Shown here in pieces: positions 58,822-64,000 of a stretch of 64,000 nt of DNA. The position numbers and the translations under genes were made by a program. The notes below the pieces were generated by a model. The model worked only from the letters and a program-made list of their open reading frames with translations, was not told the DNA's origin and did not search any database. Each line of letters opens with the position of its first letter. The first letter of the stretch is position 1. The DNA is from a virus (lineage: Duplodnaviria; Caudoviricetes). The stretch lies in the IMG/VR virus record IMGVR_UViG_3300011559_000001, positions 160,001 through 224,000 of that record; one strand, given 5' to 3'.

Positions 58822-59547
58822 ATGAACAAACTTCCCATCGGCACTGGTCTGTTGCTTCCGGCAGCGGATATGGGTGCTGGCATTCTGGAGCGAATGCAAG
58901 AGTTCGCTGAGCAACCGGGCATGGAGCCTATCAAGGCTGCCTTGGAGTACCGCCCTATTGCCAACGGCAAATGGGTAGGTATCAACCGTGCCTCGATCGC
59001 AGATCTGATCGCTTCGATCTATCTGGACATGCTGCACAACTTCAGCAAGTGGAACAAGGGCGCCACCGAGCAGTACACCCAAGCGCAGTGGATGCGTATG
59101 GTGGAAGGCTGGGAGTCGATCCCGACCAAGATCGAAAACGAGCTGTTCAACAAGGTCATCCGTGACGCCTACGAAGAAATCCACGACACGCTCAACTGGA
59201 TGGATTCTGAGTGCGACGGCTGGAGCATCTGGTACGTGCGCCGCAGTGGCTACGATGTCGTGATCGTGCGGGGTGAAGACTTCCGCATCGCCGACTGGGA
59301 ACGCCGCATGCAGGCTGGTGCGGATTACCTCAAGGCCAAGGAACTGGGTGAGGAACCGCCGTCCCACGCCTGGCTGCCGGACGAAGAAGCGACCCGCTTC
59401 ATCTCGCTGGTGGAATACGAACAGCGCAACGCGGGCCCGCTGGGTAAAACCGCCATCGACGAGTTGGACAAGGAGCGCGCTGAAAGCAAGCGTCAGGCCT
59501 TTGGCAACCGTCGTCGGATGTTCCGTGGTGAGGCACCGAATCTGTGA
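58822..59547 (+). CDS. paralogue-array member 4 with C-terminal extension
   Basis: LLLPAA...YVRRSGYDVVIVR. Confidence 0.7.
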   Translation: MNKLPIGTGLLLPAADMGAGILERMQEFAEQPGMEPIKAALEYRPIANGKWVGINRASIADLIASIYLDMLHNFSKWNKGATEQYTQAQWMRMVEGWESIPTKIENELFNKVIRDAYEEIHDTLNWMDSECDGWSIWYVRRSGYDVVIVRGEDFRIADWERRMQAGADYLKAKELGEEPPSHAWLPDEEATRFISLVEYEQRNAGPLGKTAIDELDKERAESKRQAFGNRRRMFRGEAPNL

Positions 59548-59990
59548 GTCGCGCCGCTCCGGTCCCACGCATTCGCATCATCAGTGGTCGGGCTCTGACG
59601 GAGACCATCCACGGGATCTTGGAGCAGCACATCGGATTTGTCGCCGGGATGATCAATCTGGAGAGCATCGCTGAGTCATTGCTGGAGGAGTTCTTCTTCG
59701 GCCATAGCTTGCGCGATGACTTCGACGATACGATGCGTGGTTTCAGTATCCCAACCGATAAGGTCAGCTACGCACGCACTCGCATCTTGCAGTGTCTGTG
59801 TGAGCAAGTCCACATGGCCTTTGAGGGTATCTGGCCCAGCCGCCACTACAGCTATCAGTTCATCCCGGGTGGTGATCTGATCATCACTGAGACCTCAGCC
59901 GTACCGGTCTTTGGTAGGCTGACTCAATCGACATGGGATGCCCATGAAAGTAATCATCATCGCAATTCGGGACATCTGGATTCGCTTTGA
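59544..59990 (+). CDS. paralogue-array member 5
   Basis: GTGA overlap; RIISGR...YQFIPGGDLIIT. Confidence 0.7.
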   Translation: MSRAAPVPRIRIISGRALTETIHGILEQHIGFVAGMINLESIAESLLEEFFFGHSLRDDFDDTMRGFSIPTDKVSYARTRILQCLCEQVHMAFEGIWPSRHYSYQFIPGGDLIITETSAVPVFGRLTQSTWDAHESNHHRNSGHLDSL

Positions 59991-60423
59991 GGAAGAAAGC
60001 CAAGCTCTGACGCATGCCGGACTGAGTGTGGAAGATGCAGTGAAGATGGCCTTTGGCTACGCAGCGTTGTCTAACCGCCGTCCATGGGGTCGACAAACGG
60101 TGCCGGTGGCCGTGGACATCTTCACTGCCGTGAGGAACCTGTTGATTGACCGCCTGCCCATGGATGATGACCGGCTGCCGTTTACCCGGCAGTCGGGTTA
60201 TGGCGTCAATGACATGCTGGTCTACCGGGTGGTAGACATCATCGGTGAAATCTCACACATGCTGTCCAATGCTGTAATCATGCAACTGGGCCAATTCCCA
60301 GCGAACCTCCAACTGAACAGTTTCACAGGACTGGACTTAGTCCTCCACCTGAACTCCGAGGATTCACGTGTACCTCATCCTTTCGCCCCAAGTCAAACCC
60401 AAAGACCTGAGCGAGCGGGCTGA
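59944..60423 (+). CDS. paralogue-array member 6
   Basis: KVIIIAIR...LNSFTGLDLVLHL. Confidence 0.7.
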   Translation: MKVIIIAIRDIWIRFEEESQALTHAGLSVEDAVKMAFGYAALSNRRPWGRQTVPVAVDIFTAVRNLLIDRLPMDDDRLPFTRQSGYGVNDMLVYRVVDIIGEISHMLSNAVIMQLGQFPANLQLNSFTGLDLVLHLNSEDSRVPHPFAPSQTQRPERAG

Positions 60424-60754
60424 CACGCTGGAGCCGGTGGGTGTTGACTACGCCGACCTGCTCCAACTGACCTTTGACAACTGGCGCCTGATCGATGGGG
60501 CCAGTACCGAAGAACTGCAAGCGATGGTGGAAGGCTACATCAACTCCACTTGGATTTGCCGACGCATGCATGACTACGGTCACATGCAGGAAGTTGCTTC
60601 GGCCATGGCCAGTGCGGTTCAGACGTTCCACGAAGGCTTGCAAAGCCAGCTTGCCCCGTTGCTGGAAAACACCGACTTTGGGTTGGACATCACCGTGCGC
60701 TTGTCGCGCATGATGCACAATGACATTGTCGTCCGCCTGGAGAACACCCTTTAA
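60368..60754 (+). CDS. paralogue-array member 7
   Basis: YLILSP...LSRMMHNDIVVRL. Confidence 0.7.
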   Translation: MYLILSPQVKPKDLSERADTLEPVGVDYADLLQLTFDNWRLIDGASTEELQAMVEGYINSTWICRRMHDYGHMQEVASAMASAVQTFHEGLQSQLAPLLENTDFGLDITVRLSRMMHNDIVVRLENTL

Positions 60755-61365
60755 TGGATACCACCATGGATCGTCGTACGTGGTTCACCATGGTCATGCC
60801 GGGCCGTGAGCTGATCATGGACTTTGAGCCGACCGACAACCTGCTCAAGTCCTTGGGTACCTCGGTCAAAGAAGTGATCGAGATGTTCATCAATACCTGG
60901 GCCGAGTACAAGACTGTGGAATACCACGGCTGGTCCATGTATTCATCCGCTCCTCGTCTCTACGAGCACGACCGTGACCATCCGGCCGTGGTGGAGTTGC
61001 GCCTGCAAGCCCGATGGTTGGTCACTGACATCATCCTTGAAAACGCCTACAAGCGCGTGGAGAAGGGCGAGATCACCAAGATCCGCGACATCGATCTGAA
61101 GGACGCTGAGAAGGTCATGATGTCACTGTGGGCCACTGTGTCTGAGTACATCTTCGCCCTGCTCGATGAACTGCGCGTCACTGACGAACAGATCAGCCAC
61201 CTGCGCTTTGAACGTTGGCTCGGCGATGACTTCATCATCACCCTGCCCCGCATGAGCGGGATTTTTGACGTACGCCGCCAAGAGGAGATGAAACGTGTTG
61301 AGAACCTTCGGGCAGCGTCCCCGCTTTGTAACCACCACGGTCGTGGTTGGTCTGGATCTCACTGA
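60754..61365 (+). CDS. paralogue-array member 8
   Basis: TAATG overlap; TMVMPGRE...RFERWLGDDFIITL. Confidence 0.75.
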   Translation: MDTTMDRRTWFTMVMPGRELIMDFEPTDNLLKSLGTSVKEVIEMFINTWAEYKTVEYHGWSMYSSAPRLYEHDRDHPAVVELRLQARWLVTDIILENAYKRVEKGEITKIRDIDLKDAEKVMMSLWATVSEYIFALLDELRVTDEQISHLRFERWLGDDFIITLPRMSGIFDVRRQEEMKRVENLRAASPLCNHHGRGWSGSH

Positions 61366-61780
61366 GGGGCTGGACGAACATCCCCTCCGGTTGTTCCACC
61401 GGACCTATCCGATCTTGCTGGTGGGCAACTGCCTGTTTGATCTGATGGTCACCTCCAGCGCTGCGGAGTTCTCCGGCGCCGAACTGGCCCAGCACGTGGA
61501 AGAAAGCATCCATCGGATGACCGAGTGTCGACAGAGCCAGATCAACGTCAACGAGGAAGACGGATCAGTCCACGTCAACAACTACTCCCCGCGTTGGGCC
61601 GACGAACAGATCCCAGAGTTCCAGCGCTGGCCGATGCAGAACATCCTGGAAGTGATCTACGATCAGTTCTGCGGTACGATCTGGCCGTTGATCAAGGATG
61701 ACCACCACCTGCGCATGACGACTTCGCTGGTCAACATTCATTGTGACCGTGCCGAGTTCAACCTCTATCGACTCTCGTAA
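61295..61780 (+). CDS. paralogue-array member 9 (divergent)
   Basis: TTVVVGL...LVNIHCDRAEFNL. Confidence 0.6.
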   Translation: MLRTFGQRPRFVTTTVVVGLDLTEGLDEHPLRLFHRTYPILLVGNCLFDLMVTSSAAEFSGAELAQHVEESIHRMTECRQSQINVNEEDGSVHVNNYSPRWADEQIPEFQRWPMQNILEVIYDQFCGTIWPLIKDDHHLRMTTSLVNIHCDRAEFNLYRLS

Positions 61781-61790
61781 GGACACCGTA

Positions 61791-62159
61791 ATGGCTCCCA
61801 AAGTTTTGGTGCTCGATGGCAAGGAGGCCGTCGAGCGTGCGTTCAATTTGATCAACGGTATGGTCGAGCGTCCCAACAACCTGGACACCTTCGGCCGGAC
61901 GATGGTGGATCTGATGGCGTTCCCTGACGCCAGCATCGATCAGATGGCCGACATTCTCCAACCGCTGGTGCAAGCCCACAGACTCGAGGGTGACGACCCC
62001 GGGTTTGACCAACGCATCATGTACGAGGCTGTGACCTACGCTGCTAAGAAGCTGCGTGCGGTCCTGCTGGAACAAGTACCTGACCTCACCCCTCAAGACT
62101 ATCGCTTCCAGCGGTGGTTGGGTCGAGATCTGGTGCTTGAGTTACGCGGTAGTCTATGA
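61791..62159 (+). CDS. paralogue-array member 10
   Basis: KVLVLDGKE...RFQRWLGRDLVLEL. Confidence 0.75.
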   Translation: MAPKVLVLDGKEAVERAFNLINGMVERPNNLDTFGRTMVDLMAFPDASIDQMADILQPLVQAHRLEGDDPGFDQRIMYEAVTYAAKKLRAVLLEQVPDLTPQDYRFQRWLGRDLVLELRGSL

Positions 62160-62186
62160 GACTTTCTTTTTTTGTAGGCACCGACA

Positions 62187-62594
62187 ATGTTGGATCAATC
62201 CAAGATCAAGCTGGAGAGCACGGTTTCCTTTGACCTGTATCCGGCTCATCAACTGCAAGCCAAGGTTACCAACGCCAAGGTGTTGGGTATCTTCACTGCA
62301 GCCACCGCGCAGTCGCTGGGCTTTGATGCCCCGGCCCTGCACGTCAACGTGTACCCCACCCTGCCCCCGGGCACGCCGAACAAGTTCGACCAGTACCTGT
62401 ACATCTACGTCAAGCTGGCCAACGGCGAGAAGACCTTCTATGGTCTGCCGTGGATCAAGGAGACCACCTTCAAGGAAGAGGTGATCCGCACCATCGCCAT
62501 CTACATCGATGCGATCTCCCCGGACCAGCAGAACCTGGCGGTCCAAGCCCTGTCGGCTATCGGCCTGACGGTGGCAAAAGTCGAGGTCCTGTAA
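62187..62594 (+). CDS. conserved phiKZ-like core protein preceding the DNA polymerase (gp49-like)
   Basis: SFDLYP, ALHVNVYPTLPPGTPN, GLPWI. Confidence 0.75.
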   Translation: MLDQSKIKLESTVSFDLYPAHQLQAKVTNAKVLGIFTAATAQSLGFDAPALHVNVYPTLPPGTPNKFDQYLYIYVKLANGEKTFYGLPWIKETTFKEEVIRTIAIYIDAISPDQQNLAVQALSAIGLTVAKVEVL

Positions 62595-62627
62595 GGACCC
62601 CGTATTTTGTTACGGGTTTGCACCTAT

Positions 62628-62850
62628 GTTGTAGACGACACAGGCGGGTGGCGTCTAAACTCCCCGGACTCTCGCCAATCATTGTTATGGTTCTCGATTT
62701 CCCAGACAATGAAAGGCATCACCTTGAGAGGATGGGATAGCGGTGCCAATTGGTGCCGCCACGACCAAATGCGCTCGCACGTTTTGGACTGACGTGCTTG
62801 ATGCGCTGGGAAGTGGGAGAGGGGGCCTCGGAAGAGGCCCCCTTCTTTTT
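62628..62850 (+). ncRNA. candidate multi-branched ncRNA with own TATG start and terminator
   Basis: Five hairpins plus closing helix ctccc/gggag; G-U pairs on + strand; ends in GC hairpin + T tract. Confidence 0.5.
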
Positions 62851-62917
62851 ATGCCGTCGATCTATTTTTCCTTTTTTACGTAGCCGCCGGAAGGTATGAA
62901 CGGTAGAAGGAAATCAG

Positions 62918-64000
62918 ATGGAACATTTCGTAAATGCCCCCGAATCCTACAAACGTAATGTGGACCTGCGCGCTACCTACGTGCAGGATGCGGCCACCTA
63001 CGTTTCAAAGATGCGAGGGATCTCGCTGGAAGAAGCTCGAGACTTCGTCCTGCGTACCATTGCACCCACCGGCGCCAAGCCGATGAAAGACCCCATGACG
63101 ATGGTTCTGGTCCGTCAGCCCAATGGCGACCGTGAACAAAAGCAGATGCACATGTCCGAGTTCCTCGGATCGGTGTACGAAAACCGCCAGATGCTTTCCC
63201 CCTCGATGACGGCCTATGTCCACCCGGACGTCGAGAAATCGCTGCTGGCCGTTTACATTGACAAGAACCTGGATCGTCGTAAAGCCGCCAAGGCTGAGAT
63301 GTTTGCAGCCAAGATGGCAGGCGATGACGCTGCGGCCAACATCGGCAACTCCAAGCAGACCACGTTCAAGATCAAGAACAACTCCCTGTCCGGTGCACAC
63401 AGCTCGCCGTACACGATCCTGTGGAACAAGTCCAGCCACTCCACGCTGACCTCGACTTGCCGTGTGGCCACCTCGTATGGCAACACCAACAACGAGAAGT
63501 TCCTCTACGGCAACCGGCACTACTGGTGCCCGGACATTGCCCGCAACAACATCATCTCCATCGTCAACCACACCGACCTGCCGCGCATGGAGCAGGTGAT
63601 GACCACCTTTGGTCTGGTGGCACCGACGGTAGAAGAGTGCATGGGCATCATGCACCGGTGCTGTGACAACTACTGGCGCGATGATGCTGAGATGGACAAC
63701 CTGCGTCAGCTGCTGAGTACGCTCAGCGACGTGGAACGTTCGGCCTTTGCCTACACCTCTGATCTGTATCACTTGGCTCAGTGTAACGATGCCTTCGTGC
63801 GCGAGTTCCTCAAGCGCCTGTCTCACCATCCGGCAGAACCGCAGTCGGTGGAGGAAGCCAAGGGTTGGATCAAACGGATGGACGGCAACTTGGAAGCGTT
63901 CGTGTTTATGCTCTGCTCCAAGGAACTGGCCGGTGGTACCCTGAAGGATGCTATGGGCGATAAGTCCAACATCCCGTTGCAGGAAGCCCGTCCGGAAGAC
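62918..64000 (+). CDS. split family-B DNA polymerase subunit (phiKZ gp50-like), 3'-truncated
   Basis: Open from ATG 62918 to the window end; RRKAAK...QTTFKIKNNSLSGA (PolB motif B), HSTLTSTCR, NNEKFLYGNRHY. Confidence 0.85.
   Translation, partial: MEHFVNAPESYKRNVDLRATYVQDAATYVSKMRGISLEEARDFVLRTIAPTGAKPMKDPMTMVLVRQPNGDREQKQMHMSEFLGSVYENRQMLSPSMTAYVHPDVEKSLLAVYIDKNLDRRKAAKAEMFAAKMAGDDAAANIGNSKQTTFKIKNNSLSGAHSSPYTILWNKSSHSTLTSTCRVATSYGNTNNEKFLYGNRHYWCPDIARNNIISIVNHTDLPRMEQVMTTFGLVAPTVEECMGIMHRCCDNYWRDDAEMDNLRQLLSTLSDVERSAFAYTSDLYHLAQCNDAFVREFLKRLSHHPAEPQSVEEAKGWIKRMDGNLEAFVFMLCSKELAGGTLKDAMGDKSNIPLQEARPED

Noticed and set aside
62607-62792. 61-aa ORF in the pre-polymerase spacer
   Set aside because: Weak start inside a hairpin, no RBS, atypical codons; RNA structure explains the region better.

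Overview
This window is a ~64 kb, GC-rich (roughly 58-60% by eye) segment of a phiKZ-like jumbo myophage, probably a nucleus-forming Chimalliviridae-type phage; chimallin itself is not in the window. Recognisable core genes: UvsX/RecA C-terminus, three split virion RNA polymerase subunits (beta C-term, beta N/middle, beta' catalytic part), a 2.5-kaa tape-measure/lytic transglycosylase, prohead protease, tail tube and sheath, baseplate/virion proteins, terminase large subunit, PhuZ tubulin and the start of the split family-B DNA polymerase. Highlights: (1) an ORF-less 401-nt group I (IA2-like) intron inside the catalytic D|FDGD motif of virion RNAP beta'; (2) a tandem array of ~10 highly diverged paralogues between phuZ and the DNA polymerase; (3) candidate structured ncRNAs, best at 62628-62850; (4) candidate counter-defence proteins: a SUKH/SMI1 domain behind head-protease cleavage sites, a NADAR pair and an unannotated RpnS-like mini-HTH; (5) a window-wide GCATAA-hairpin-TTATGC intergenic element. 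Family assignments and phiKZ gene numbers come from motif recognition and memory; no searches were run.
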